Position numbers and translations under genes: made by a program | Notes under the pieces: model-generated | Seen by the model: only the letters and a program-made list of their open reading frames with translations | Database searches by the model: none | What the model was told of the DNA's origin: nothing | Source of the DNA: the human T2T-CHM13v2.0 reference genome, Homo sapiens | Assembly: GCF_009914755.1 (NCBI RefSeq) | Contig: NC_060927.1 | Reading direction: 5' to 3' (one strand) | DNA length: 64,000 nucleotides | Shown: piece by piece, positions 27,410 through 41,453 of the stretch | How the letters are laid out: each line of letters starts with the position of its first letter | Position numbering within the stretch: position 1 is the stretch's first letter

Positions 27410-27955
27410 TGTAGGTTCTAGAGTCAGATTACTTGGGAATTAGTCTCTGTTCTATTTTATTTTATTTTATTTTTAGGTTTTGGACTTTTTTTTTTTTTTT
27501 TTTTTGAGACGAAGTCTCGCCTTGTCCCCCAGGCTGGAGTGCAATAGGCTATCTCGGCTCACTGCAACCGCCACCTCCTGGGTTCAAGCGATTCTCTTGC
27601 CTCTGCCTCCCGAGTAACTAGGACTACAGGCGCCTGCCACCACGCCTGGCTAATTTTTGTATTTTTAGTAGAGACAGGGTTTCACCATGTTAGCCAGGCT
27701 GGTCTTGAACTCCTGACCTCGGGTGATCCGCCTGCCTTGGCCACCCAAAGTGCTGGGACCACAGGCATGAGCTACTGTGCCTAGCCAGGTTTTGGACATT
27801 GACTAGCACAATATACAGAAAGTTATTTGCTATATAATTATTACACAGTACTTCCATTAAAAAGGTTATTGTGCAGGTTAACTGAGCAAATGCATCTCAA
27901 ACACAGGACAGATCATAATACATAGTGAAGTACTCAGTAACATTAGTTATTATTT
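27410..27955 (+). mobile_element. MIR split by an AluS
   Basis: ggttctagagtcaga... before the Alu; ggttattgtgcaggttaactgag ... catagtgaagtactcagtaacattagttattatt after it. Confidence 0.65.
27486..27786 (-). mobile_element. AluSq-like, full length
   Basis: cttgtcccccaggctggagtgcaat. Perfect 11-bp TSD aggttttggac at 27475-27485 and 27787-27797. Confidence 0.95.
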
Positions 27956-28079
27956 TTGTACTACTCTCATGCTTTTCCTATTGGATGAACTTTATATATA
28001 TTTCATTTATACATCTCACTTAGACAATTGCAAAATGAATTCTGACTAAATGTCTTTAGTATTGTTCTCTCCATTTTAA

Positions 28080-28460
28080 TCAAAAGTTAGAGTGATTATG
28101 TAAAGGCTTGAAAATCTCCAATGAATTGTAATATCATTTGAAATAAATATCCCAATATTTATGTTTCCATATAATGCTCTATTATTTCTCAACACTATCC
28201 CATAATCTCACTGATTTCTTCCACTGTCTCCTTAGTTCATGCTCACTCCATTCCAGATGCTTTGGCATCATTCCTATTCCTGGAATACACCAACCATACA
28301 TCAAACTCCAAAGATTTCTTCTTGTTTTCTCTGCTTTCCACATTTGCCCCAGATACACAAATGACTCACTCCTTTACTCCTACATCAACATTTTGTTGTT
28401 TGTTGTTTTCAGATGCCAATTTCTTATTTAAATTGTTTTGACCACTTTATTTAAAAAGTG
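28080..28460 (+). mobile_element. L2a fragment; continues at about 31200-31448 after the L1MC
   Basis: ctcactccattccag ... ttcctggaatacacca ... ccccagatac ... gactcactcc. The downstream part ends atttgttgaat...aaataaat. Confidence 0.65.
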
Positions 28461-28465
28461 TTCCA

Positions 28466-31163
28466 CAATAAAATTAATTACCTGATAGCCAACCAACCTA
28501 ATTGTAAAAAAGTGAGAGAGAGCACAAACTACTAATGTTAGAAATAAAGATGTAACACTTCACTACTGATCCCACAGACATTAAAAAACTAGTTAAGAAA
28601 CACTATAAACAACTCTATGTCCACGCATTTAATAATCAAGGTAAAATGTATACATTTCTTAAAAAACAGTCTGCCAAAATTCATACAAGAAAATATGGAC
28701 AATTATACTAGACCTACCTTTAGTAAAGATATTGACTCAGTGATTAATAACCTTTCAACAGAAAGTTTTAGGCTCAGATGGATTCACTCATAAATTCTAC
28801 CAAACATTTAAGTAAGAAATTATACCAAGTCACTGTATTTTTTTCCAGAGGACAGAAGCAGAGAGAATATTTCCTAACTCAATTTATGAAGCCAGCATTA
28901 CCTTAAAAACAAAACCAGAAAAATACATTACAAGAAAAGAAGGCTACAGACCAATATCTCTCATGAACACAGATGTGACACTTCTCAACAAAATATTAAC
29001 AAATAGAATCATACAAAGTATGAAAAGAAGTATATACAACAACCAAGTGGGATTTGTTCCAGGTATGAAAATCTGGTTCCCTAATCAAGGATGAATTATT
29101 GTAATCTATTACATTAATAGGTTAAAAAATAAAAGTCACAAAATAATACTAATATAAGAAAAGCATTTCACAAAATCCAATACCCATTTATGATAAAAAC
29201 TAAATTAACTAGAAAGAGGGCAGTTTCACAACTTGCTAAACAATTTCAACAGAAACCTACAGTTAACATCATAAGTAACAGTGAGATACTTAAAGCTTTC
29301 ATGCTAAGATCAAGGAAAAAGCAAAGATATCCCCAATAACCAATGCTTTTCAACATCATACAGGAATACTGGCTAACACGATAAGACAAGAAAATCAAAT
29401 AAAACATATTCAGATTTGGAAGGAAGAAATAAAATGTCTTTGTTCACAGATGACATGATAATCAAGATAGAAAATTCCAAAAAAATGTCAAGAAAACTCC
29501 TGGAAATAATAAGCAGGTATAGCAATGTTGCAGGATACAGAGGTAATGTACAAAAGTCAATCACTTTTCTATATACCAGAAATAAACAAGTGAAATTCAA
29601 AGTTAAACCACAACATCATTTACATTAGCATTCCAAAATTGAAATACTTAGGTATAAGTCTAACAAAGATATGCACAATCTCTATGTGATGAAGACTACA
29701 ATGCTCTGATAAAAGTAATTAAAGAACAAAATATAAAGATATTTCATGTTCCTGGCTAGAAAGAGTCAATATTATCAAGACGCCATTTTTTCTCCTATTA
29801 TCAAGAAGTTAGGTTTTGTCAAGAGTCAATATTATCAAGATGCCAGTTTTTCTCAGCTTGATCTATAGTTTCAATGCAATACAATCAAATCCCAGTAAGT
29901 TGTTTTGTGGATACTATCAAACTATTTTAAAATTTATATGGATATGTAAATAATGCAGAATAGCTAACACAGTGCTTAGGGAAGAACAAAATTGAAGGAC
30001 TGACAGTAGTCAGCTTTGAGATTGATTATAAAGCTACAGTCATCAAGACAGTGTGACACTGGCAAAAGAAGAGATAAATATAACAAAAGAACAGATTAAG
30101 GAGTCCAAAAATAGACCAATACAAATATAATCAATTGATATTTGACAAAGGAACAAAGGCAATACAATAGAGAAAAGGTAATTCAATCTAGACACAAATC
30201 TCATACTCTTGACAAAAATTAACTCAAAATGGATCACAGACAGACCTAAATGTAAAAAGAAAAACTATAAAACTAGAAGATAACATCAGAAAAAATCTCC
30301 ATGATCTTTGGTGTGTTGATGACTTTCTAATTACAAAACCAAAGGCATGATCACTGAAATAAATAATATATTAATAATAATATATTAAAAAATTTCATAA
30401 ATTTTTTTAAAGTCTGCTTCATGAAATACACTGTTGAGAGAATTAAAACATAGGTTACAGACTGAAAGAAAACATTTGCAAAAGATATATATGATAAAGG
30501 ACTATATCCAAAATATACAAAGAACACTCAAAACTCAATAATGAGAAAACAACCTTATCAAAAACTATTCCAAGATCTTAACAGATACATTACCAAAGAA
30601 GATATACAGATAGCAAACAAGCACAGAAGAAGATGCTCCATATGTCATCCGAAAAATGCAAATTAAAGCAACAATGAGATACCATTACACATCCATTAGA
30701 AAGGCCAAAGTCCAGCACACTGACAACACCAAATGCTGGTGAGGAAATGGAGCAACAGAAACTCTTGTTCATTGAATGGTAATGCAAAATTAAAATTGCA
30801 CACCATGAAAGACATTTTGGCAGTCTTACAAAACTAAATACATTATTACCATAAAGTTCAGTAATTGTGTTCCTTGGTATACATCCAAAATATTTGAAAA
30901 TTATATATGAGACTATAATGGTAAATGCATGCTATTATATATTTTCTCACATTCATAGAATGTACAACACCAAGAGCCAATTCTAATGTACACTATGGAA
31001 TTAGGGTGATAAATAAGTACTGGCTAATCAATTGTAAGAAAGTACCACTCTCCAGGTGGATGTTTATAATGGGGGAGGTTAAGCACATGTAGGGCAAGGG
31101 GTATATATAAAATCTCTGTACCTACTGTTCAGTTTTGCTGTGAACCTAAAACTGCTAAAAATT
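28466..31163 (+). mobile_element. 5'-truncated L1MC1/2-like (ORF2 RT region to 3'UTR)
   Basis: ctacagaccaatatctctcatgaaca. ORF 29416 MSLFTDDMIIKIEN matches the RT FADD region. 3' end aaatctctgtacct...ttttgctgtgaacctaaaactgct. Confidence 0.88.
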
Positions 31164-31563
31164 GAGTCTGGTAAAATGCAACAAAACAAAACAGCTTTTC
31201 TTGACCAATGCACCACTGTTCCTGTATTTTCCCTTATTTATTTATTTCTATATTACTTGTCACTCTCTAATATACTGTATATTTTCAACTTTGTATATTT
31301 TCTTCCAATATTTTTCTTAAAATAGAAAGTTTAAGAAGTCAGAAAGTTTAAGTACTCTTCTGTTCATTTATTTTCTACTGTATCCTGAATACTTAGTGTT
31401 TGGCAGTACTTAGACAGTATACCCTAATTTGTTGAATTTTAAATAAATATGTCAATTAAAGTTAATTGAAAGCTTTAATACATCTTCCAAAAAGAAAAGA
31501 AAATTTGGCAAGTGGGAAGAAAACAACAATTCCAATATCTTTTCTACCACCCCAAAAATGTAA

Positions 31564-31883
<320 letters not shown>

Positions 31884-31904
31884 CTGAGAATGCTTAAATG
31901 CGAT

Positions 31905-32075
31905 ATATATAATATTCATTTAATCCTCACATTAATCATACATATTAGATGCAGTCATCTTTTTTTTTACCAAAAAACCCCAGAGAGATGTATTTTTTAA
32001 AGGTCATATTGAGTGGAACTGTAAAAATGCAAACTCAGAGAGATTTGGCTTCAGACTGAACGATTTTAACCATAG
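31905..32075 (-). mobile_element. MIR fragment
   Basis: tcatttaatcctcaca ... aaggtcata ... ttggcttcaga ... ttttaacca. Confidence 0.6.
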
Positions 32076-32486
32076 CTCCTCTATTGTGTTTTGGTATATT
32101 ATCTGTATTTAGAAGGAAGAATTGACCTAGAAATAGGCAACATGGGGTAGAATGAACAAGAGACATTTATCTGGCTCAGAAAATTGGAATAAGTTAGGAT
32201 TTAAGTGAGAAGAATTATAATAAGGATTCTTAATATATAACCTAGAAAACAGAATGCTGAATTTAATTTTATCTCAGGGAATTTAATAATCATTGAGTAG
32301 AATAAAAAACTAGCCTGCAGAACACTTTTACCAGATAGCATAGTGGTGCACAAATAAATTAGTATAAAAATGCACATTGTACACCTTAAATTTATGTAAT
32401 CTTATTTGTCAATTATACCTTAATAAAGCTAGAAAAATAAATATAAAAAATTAAAAAAAATCAAAATCCTCAAGCATGAGTACACA

Positions 32487-32645
32487 CCCTTCCCTTCCCC
32501 TCCCTTCCCCTCCCTTCCCCTCCCTTCCCCTCCCTTCCCCTTCCCTCACCCTCCCTCCCTCCCTTCCTCCTTCTTCTTCTCCTTCTCTTTCTTCTCCTGC
32601 TCCTCCTTTCTGTTCTTTTTTACTCTCTCTCACACCTTCTTTTTC
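32487..32645. repeat. (CCCTT)n / CT-rich polypyrimidine tract
   Basis: Direct inspection. Confidence 0.95.
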
Positions 32646-33892
32646 CAGTAAGACATACCAAGGCACATAGGCAAATAATTATAAGCAGAGCAGTCTTGCT
32701 GAACTCAGGTGAGGTGTGTAGTTTTGCTACCTCCCACAACCACCATCAACCAAGCAACACTTAGCATGATCCCATGTTATTTAATTCTCCTCAGAAATAG
32801 AAACAGTCTGGAAACAACCATTTTAAGCACAATTTAAGCTTAAGAGACACATGGTATTATTTATAACCTGCAATCCTCTATATTTCTAATGATTATTTTT
32901 ATGAGGCTAACCCTAAAATTAATATATCTGTCTAGTGGACATCTTCACACCTCACACAACACCCACATTCTCACCAAAAGTATTCTTTTGCCTAATAACT
33001 TTGTTCATGTCTCCCAGATCGTGAATTCTTATACTCAATTTCTCCTTCATCTAGACTACCACAAAAAATGCCAGATGTATCCTTCAGGTATCTTTAAATA
33101 CAGACACTCCTCTTTTTATACCCTACTTCTATCTCAAGGCCCTATGATTATTAATCTGTATTATTTCCCTGCTTCCAGTCTCTTCTCGATCTGCACACTG
33201 CCAACACAGTGATCATTCTAAAACACCTAGTGGATAATAACAGCCTTTCAATGGTGTTCTGTTACCTATAGGACAAAGTCTAATCTCTTTATCAAGGTCT
33301 CCAAGTTTTATTAACATACCACTGTATAATTTTTCAAATTATTCTCATAATTTTCTCCCACATTCTGTAATCCAGTCAGAATCATTACATATCTGGATCA
33401 TGTGATTGTCTTTTTAGGGTACATATTTATTTGCAGGTTTTCTCTTTTAGTTAAATTTTATTACCCACATTTGCTGTCTAATCAATCATGTATGCTATAA
33501 AGCCTTCCCTAACTCTATTGTTAAACACCCTCTCGCCAGCCCTTCACTGGGCTCCAGGACAGCTTCCTTTACGCTTCATTATAAACATCAACACATACAA
33601 TGTAGTTATTCTCCATCAAGAAAATTTTGATGTCAGAAATCATGGGCCATCTTTTCCAAAATATATGGACTGAGTATATACAATTGTCCTTCAGAAAAGA
33701 GAGAGTCATTATATATATATGGGTTCTTACAAATTAATCATTTTTCTAATTCATTAAATTTAAAACATCATTTGTTTAAAAAGACACCATTAGCTTACAC
33801 ACTAATAAGAAAGGGAAAAAAGTGTTGCAATTAAGCTATGGCATGTATTGAATATGAGACTCCCCAATCAAAGAATGTTAAAATACAAAAAT

Positions 33893-34635
33893 ATGTTATT
33901 TGGCCACATAAATATCTTCTTTTGAGAAGTGTATGTTCATATCCTTTGCCCACTTTTTGATGGGGCTGGAGAGGCTGTGGAGAAATAGGAACGCTTTTAC
34001 ACTGTTAGTGGGAATGTAAATTAGTTCAACCATTGTGGAAAACAGTGTGTTGATTTCTAAAGGACCTAGAACCAGAAATACCATTTGATGCAGCAATCCC
34101 ATTACTGGGTATATACCCAAAGGATTATAAATCACTCTACTATAAAGACATATGCACATGTATGTTTATTGCAGCATTATTTACAATAGCAAAGACTTAG
34201 AACAAACCCAAATGCCCAACAATGTTAGACTGGATAAAGAAAATGTGGCTCATATATATCATGGACTACCATGCAGCCATAAAAAAGAATGAGTTCATGT
34301 CCTTTGCAGGGTCATGGATGACCCCAGAAGCCATCTCAGCAAACTAACACAGGAATAGTACACCAAACACTGCATTCTCTTACGCATAAGTGGTAGTTGA
34401 ACAATGAGAACACATGGACACAGGGAGGGGAACATCACATACTGGGGCCTGTCAGGAGGTGTGGGGCAAGGGGAGGGAGAGCATTAGGACAAATACTTAA
34501 TGCAGGCAGGACTTAAAATCTAGATGACGGGTTGATAGGTGCAACAAACCACCCTGACACATGTATACCTATGTAAAAAACCTGCATGTTCTGTACATGT
34601 ATCTCAGAACTTAAAGTAAAATTTAAAAATAAAAT
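33893..34635 (+). mobile_element. L1PA7/8-like 3' end with a 5' inversion (33893-33965 on the minus strand)
   Basis: Antisense tcttcttttgagaagtg...tttgcccactttttgatgggg joined to sense gctggagagg...aaatagg ... tagatgacgggttgataggtgca ... cagaacttaaagta plus A tail, followed by (TA)n. Confidence 0.93.
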
Positions 34636-35999
34636 ATACATATATATATATATATATATAAATGATTGTCTTAAAATTGATAAAATATGATACTATATTT
34701 TGAATGCTAAATACTGGTCAGGGAGGAAACAATAATCAGAAATGTTTTCAACCAGTTTTAAATTGCTTAAAGAAGATCCTTGTTTAAAATTTTGTTAAAT
34801 AAAAGGACGGGAGCAAACAAACAACATAGATGTAATTAATTTCAGATTTTCAATCTCACAATTGCAGGTACTTATTATAATTGCAATTAAACATTTTAAA
34901 TCACTTGAAACAAGTAAAATTCTCTACTACAATATGATAATTATGAATATGCAAATAAAACATAATGTAAAACCACACGAGCAAAAAAAAAAGAAGCCCA
35001 ACTATCTAATGGTGTTCTAGTGGAAATTGTCAGAAAGAAGATGTTAAAAATTAGAAATTTTAATTTTATCACATATAAATAATATATGATAATTTAAAAG
35101 TTATATATAGATATGATGTATATGTTTAAGCATATGATAAAATTATTAAATGAAGAATTTAAGTGGATAGTTCTCTTATTTAACTACATATCTAAAATTT
35201 GACTGGGGAATTTAGGGGTTTTTTATTAGGAAGTTATTTTTATTAAAATATTAAATATATAGACATATATGTTAATTTTGAATTTACCAAGCTGAGGCCA
35301 TTGCCCATGACAAAATGTGTTTTAAAGAAAAGTTTCATTGCTGAAATATATAATTATGCTAAAAACATTTAATTGATACAATAGAAACAAAAGAAACATA
35401 TTAAGAGATCTGGCATAGTACTTTATTAAAATCAAGTGATTAACTGTGCTAAACATAAGAATATAAAATTAGAGAATTATTTATGTTACTGAAGGGTGCA
35501 TCTTCAGAAAATTAGAATGAAATACTAGAATATGTAGAGGAAAACACCTGAGAAACACACATATATAATACACACACACACATATAGATAGATAAGCAAA
35601 TGATAGAGCGATAGATTGATTGATTGATGAGATTGAATTAGCTGCTGTATAAGGAAAAATAGAAAAAAAAATAACTCTTCAATCTGAAGTGCCAATAGGC
35701 CAACAGGTGGCATAAAATAAATATCTGCTAAATTACTAGTCATGGCTGAGTTAAACTAAAAGAGATACAGATATACAGACAATTTTAAAATTCCAAGATA
35801 CAACTTATGTGTAAATGTTTTGGACAACTTCTTACAGCCACATTTACCAGCAGACGGTCTTATTAAAGCATGTGACTGTCCAATGGGTAGCCATGTCAGG
35901 AAATTATATAAAGAGAATTATATTCTGCAACAAAAAATATCCCTTGGAACATGCATTGCATTGTAAAAAATGTGTGCTAGAGTGAGTCATATGTTACAA

Positions 36000-36160
36000 A
36001 AGAGATTTGGAGTGAGGTGGTCCTGAACACATAACATAAATATTCCAATAATCAACCCTATTTACTTGAGAGAATTACTAAACATTGAGATTCAGTATTC
36101 TCATTGATAAAATCAAGATACTAATAGCTGTTTAAAGTTTTGTTGAGAAGATTAATTACA
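36000..36160 (+). mobile_element. MIR fragment
   Basis: cttgagagaattactaaac...ttcagtattctcattgataaaat...gatactaatag. Confidence 0.55.
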
Positions 36161-36714
36161 TATAGATACATATAAGATATATATAGATATATAGATATAT
36201 CTGAAATTCACAAATACACAAAAAGACTAACACACAAAACTTCATAATTATTGTTTCTCTTTGCCTTTGTAATTACAATTATTTATAAACTGATCTAAAA
36301 AGCAAACTTCTTCAGAATTTTGAAAGCTTATAAAAATTTGTTTTAAATGTCTTCAATGAAATAAGCCTAAAAAGCACAATTCATAATTAATGTCCAACTT
36401 TTTGAAATTAATCTTTATACTCATTTTTCTTGCTCTTTGGTATGCTATATTAATTATCCTTGAAAATTTCTGGCATTTGGAATGGTTTTATATAAATTCT
36501 TAACATTCTTACTTTTTCATTTAATATAAATGAACCACTGATGAACTATGAAGATATAAGTGGAGTCTTAGAATGACTATCTGTTTTTATTATTAGGTGA
36601 GAAAATAATGTCAAATTTGTTTAAGAGATAGGCTATTGGGTTTCTGATACTTATGAATAATGGAATCGTCATTTGTGAGAGTTAGGACATGAGTGTGTGT
36701 GTATTTGTAAGGAT

Positions 36715-39445
36715 AGAGAAGCAAAAAAGAGTTTACCATCAGAGAAAAGCCCAGGACATGAGAGTTTCACTGCTGAAATTTACCAAAAATTTAAAGAACT
36801 AATGTCAGTCCTACTCAAACTATTTCAAAAAGGTGAGGAAGAGGAAATACTTACAATCTTATTCTATAATGCCAGCATTACCCAAACACCAAAACCGGAC
36901 AAAGACACAATAACAATAAAACCTATAGGCAATATTGTGATGAGTGTAGATTCAAAAATCACAAACAAAATCCTAACGTGAAATTGAACAACATATTAAA
37001 AAGGTCATTTACCATGATCAAGTGGAATTATTCCCAGTGATGCAAGAATGGTTAAACATATGCAATGTACACAACATATGCAAATCAATAAACATCACAT
37101 CAAAAGAATGAAGGCCAAAAAAAGTGATCATTTGAACAGATGCAGAAAAAGCATCCAATAAAATCCAACATCCCTTCATGATACAAAAAAACTGGGTATA
37201 GAAGAGCATACCTAACATGATAAAGGCCATATATGACAAATCCACAGATAGAATTTTACCGAATGTGAAAAAAATGAAAACCTTTTCTCTAAGACCTCAG
37301 ACAATGCAAGGATGCTTGCTTTCATCACGTTTTTCAACACAGTACTAGAAGTCTTACCCAGAGCAATTAGACAGAGAAAGAAATAAAAGGCATTCAAACT
37401 GAAAAGGAGGATACATTTTCTTTCTTTGCAAATTACATGATCTTATATATATAGAAAAACCTACAGACACCAGCAAAAAACACCTACAATTGAAGACCAA
37501 ATTTAGTAAAGTTGTAGAACACAAAACCAACATAGAAAAATTAATAGTTTCTATACACCCATAAAAAAGTAACTGAAAAAGAAGTTAAGAAAGTGATCCT
37601 ACGTACAACAGCTAAAAAAATAAAATGAGACACTTAGTAACAAATTTATCCAAGAAGGTGAAAAATCTTTACAATAAAAATTATAAAACACTAATAAAAT
37701 ATTAAAGAAAATGCAATAAAATGGAACGATATTCCATATTTATATTTTAGAAGTATCAATATTGATAAAATGTCAACACTACCCAAAACATTCTACAGTT
37801 TCAATACAATTCCTATCAAAATACCAATGAACTATCTTCACAGACACAGAAATAGCAATCCTAAAATGTATATAGAAATACAAATAACCAAGAGTTACAA
37901 ATAGCCAAAGCAATCGTCAATGAAAAGAACACACCTGGAGGCATCACATTACCTGACTTGAAATTACACTACAAATTTATAGTAACCAAAACAGCATGGT
38001 ACTGGCATCAAAACAGACACGCAGACTAATAAAATTGAATACTGAACCCAGAAATAAATCCATGCATTTCAGTCAACTCATTTTTGACAAAGGTGCAGAA
38101 AACATAAATTGAAGAATAGTCTTTTCAAAAAATGGTTCTGGGATAACTGAATATCTGTATGCAAAAGAGTAAAACTATACCTCTATCTCTTACCACATAC
38201 AAATATCAAATGAGCATGGATTAAAGAATTAAATGTAATACCAGAAACTATGAAACTACTACAGGAAAACATTGGAGAAAATACCCAGGACATTTGTTCA
38301 AGCAAAGATTTCTTGAGTAATACCTCAAAAGCATAAGCAAACAAAGCAAAATTGGACAAATGAAATCATATGAAGCTTCAAAGCTTCTGTACAGCAGAGA
38401 AAACAATTGACAAAATGAAGAGACACCCATATAATGGGAAAAACATATTTGCAAACTATTCTACTGACAAAAAGTTAATAACCAGACTATATAAGGAACT
38501 CAAATAATCTAATAGCAAAAATAAAACCACAAATATTCTGGTTAAAAAAAATGAGAAAATATCTGAACAGATATTTTCACAAGAAGACATACAAATAGCC
38601 AACATGCATATGAAGGAATTCTCAACATCAGTAATAATCAGTAAAAGGCAAACGAAAACTACAGTGAGTTGTCATCCCATCCCACTTAAAATGTCTATTA
38701 TTAAGAAAGATGAATAATAATGAACACTAGAGAGGATGAGGATAAAGGTGAAAGCATGTACACTGATGGAGGTGTGTATAAATTAGTAGAGCCACTATGG
38801 AAAACAATATATAAGTTCCCCAAAAATCTAAAAGTAAAACTACCATATGACACAGCAATTTCACTGCTACATTCATATCTAAAAATAATAAACAGCATAT
38901 AAAAGAGGCATCTGCATTCCCATGTTTTTGCAGCACTATTCACAATAGCAAAGGCCTAGAATCAACCAAATTGTCCAACAACAGATGAATGGATAAAGAA
39001 AAGAGAGTGCGTATAGACGATGGAATATTATTCAGCCATAAAAAGAGTAGAAACTTTACATTTACAACAACATGGATGGAACTGGAAGACCTTAAGTGAA
39101 ATAAGTTAGGCACAGAAATACAAATATTGCATGTTCTCACTCATAAAGACTGATGGTTACCAGAGGCTGGGAAGGTAGTGCGAAGGAAAGGATAAAGACT
39201 GATTGGTTAATGGGTACAAAAATACAGCTAGAAGAAGAAAGAAGATCTAGTGTTCAGTAGCACAATAGGGCAACTATAGTCAAAAATAAGTTATTGTATA
39301 TTTCAAAATAATTAAGAACTGGCTTTGAAACATTACCAATACAAAGAAATTATCATTACACATTGTATGATTGTATCAAAATGTCGCATGTACTTCATAA
39401 ATATGTACAACTATAATGTACCTATGAAAATTAAAAATAAAAAAC
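36715..39445 (+). mobile_element. 5'-truncated L1MA (MA4/5-like)
   Basis: ORF 36697 KSLPSEKSPGHESFTAEIYQKFKE matches ORF2. 3'UTR ggttaatgggtacaaaaatacag ... tagcacaataggg ... aaattaaaaataaaaa. Confidence 0.92.
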
Positions 39446-39750
39446 AAATATGGATGAGAAATAAAGGGTTAAAACAAAACAAGCAACAGTGAAACCAAAA
39501 AATCAGCCAAGACACACAAATACAGTTTGAGTAAGTACAAATATTTTCAAAGGATAATGAACATTCACCCCCCATTTAATGCTATATCATCAACATTGCA
39601 CCTATAAAAGTATGTTATTTTTCAGAATCTCCTCACATTTTACGTATCATAACGTAATGCATGTGTCCCTTTGAGGGATCTAATATCATTTGTGTTTTTA
39701 AATATTTTATAATAATTTGTTGTTTCATTTGCCATATGAGTGATTAAAAC

Positions 39751-40441
39751 TTTAAGCCAAAAAGTATCTGAGAAAGGTCTCAATCAATTTTGAGATTTAT
39801 TTTGCCAAGGTTGAGGATGTGTCTGGGAAAAAGGAACACAAAACCACAGGAACATCTGTGACCCTACTTTTTCCAAAGAGGGTTTTGGGATGTCGATATT
39901 TAAATGGGAATGAGAAGGCAGCAGGGGAGAAAGGAAGGAAAAAAAAAAAAGAGAGATAGGAAGGTATATAAAATGGGCAAGAGTTGCATTCATTTGAATC
40001 TTTGATCAGCACTCACTGAATATAAATTTTACATGTCAAAGGCAGGGTAGAATACTCATTATGGATTTGTCTCGCACTCAGCAAATATGTTTTTCACATA
40101 AGATAAACATAGAGTAGAAGAAGCAGTCAGATATGCATTTGTCTTAGGTGTGGAAAGGAATCATTACCAGTTCTGTCTTTTGTCCTATACCTGTGAAGAT
40201 AAGCTGTTAATTTACATTGTAAGGGTGAAATTCAACAGAACTGTTTTTGAGTAAAGATCATGGAGCCCACAAGGGATTTCCCTGTGAGTTAATTGTGAGG
40301 GAGGTATGTTGTCTTTTATCTCTGTAGTCATCTATTTAGGAACAAAATGGGAGGCAGGTTTGCTCTACTCAGTTCCCATACTTGACTTTTCCCTTTGACA
40401 TAGTGAGTTCGGGGTCCCAAGATTTTTATTTTCCTTCCACA
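39751..40441 (-). mobile_element. ERV1 solo LTR, MER4A/B/C-type
   Basis: Reverse complement starts tgtggaaggaaaataaaaatcttgggacccc. Perfect 4-bp TSD aaac (39747-39750, 40442-40445). Minus-strand AATAAA at 39796-39801. Confidence 0.88.
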
Positions 40442-40873
40442 AAACATTCAGATGTCCCCAGAAGAGACACTTTTTATATCCACCTAAGTACTGCCACATA
40501 ATTGGAAAAGATAATCCCATATTATTTCCATGCCTCTCTTGACATATGATATCATAATGTATACATTCATTTTTCTTTAATAGGAACAGAGACCTACATT
40601 TTCCTTTGTAATGTGGAAAAACAATGTTTCAAATAATTGCACTGTATGAATTCATCAAGTTGCATTCCCAATAAGCCCCAGAATAAAAGGCTGAGTTAAT
40701 TTATATTAGGTCATTTAGCTTGAGTCCAAGGTATACTTCTCAAGTTGTTTTTTGTTTTGTTTTGTTTTGCTTGTTTGTTTGTTTTTGTCCTTACAGTTGT
40801 AGTCCTTAGCTCATTTCATTGTTCATTTGTAGGATTTCCTCTGTCTGGTTTTGACATTCCACGAGCAACTTAC

Positions 40874-40939
40874 CAAAGGACTGACAGTTGTTGAACATGA
40901 TGCTAACAGAAGCTAACAGAATTTTCACATTGACTTGAG
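40874..40939 (-). other. Candidate 66-nt internal exon, probably noncoding
   Basis: Minus-strand acceptor (T)n-gtatgttttgttttcag and donor TTG|gtaagt in non-repeat DNA. Splice signals only; no expression evidence. Confidence 0.4.
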
Positions 40940-41378
40940 CTGAAAACAAAACATACAAAAAAAAAAAAAACTGAATTTATTGTTTTGCTATCAGTGTCAA
41001 ACTTTTTTGTATTTTCATTACTAAAAAAGTTATAAGTTGACTTATTTTATTCTCATTGTTATGGTTTTAATGTTAACACATATGCTTAAAGGAAAAATCA
41101 CCAAAAATACTTCTTAAATATGAAAATATATAAAAATATATATGTCTTTAGTAATGTTTAAGAGGTGCCAAAGGAGAAAAAAACAAATAATATGTTTACA
41201 CCAGTTTTTTTTCAACTTTAATATGTGCCTTAATATAGTTAGAGAAGTTTAAAAATGTACAAAGAAATCGTTCTTCATTGTTTAAAAGAGCCAGAAACAA
41301 AAAGTTCTGTTGACATGGTCAGTATTTTCTTTTCCTAAGAGGCAATAATGGTCATGTTTTGATTGCTACAGTTTCTAC

Positions 41379-41453
41379 CTGCAGAATCTTTCCTAACTCC
41401 ATCTTCTGCTTGAAATAAGACACCCACATTCCAAGTTGAAGATCAATACCAAG
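41379..41453 (-). other. Candidate 75-nt internal exon, probably noncoding
   Basis: Minus-strand acceptor gtgcattctttgcag and donor CAG|gtagaa. Moderate signals only. Confidence 0.25.
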
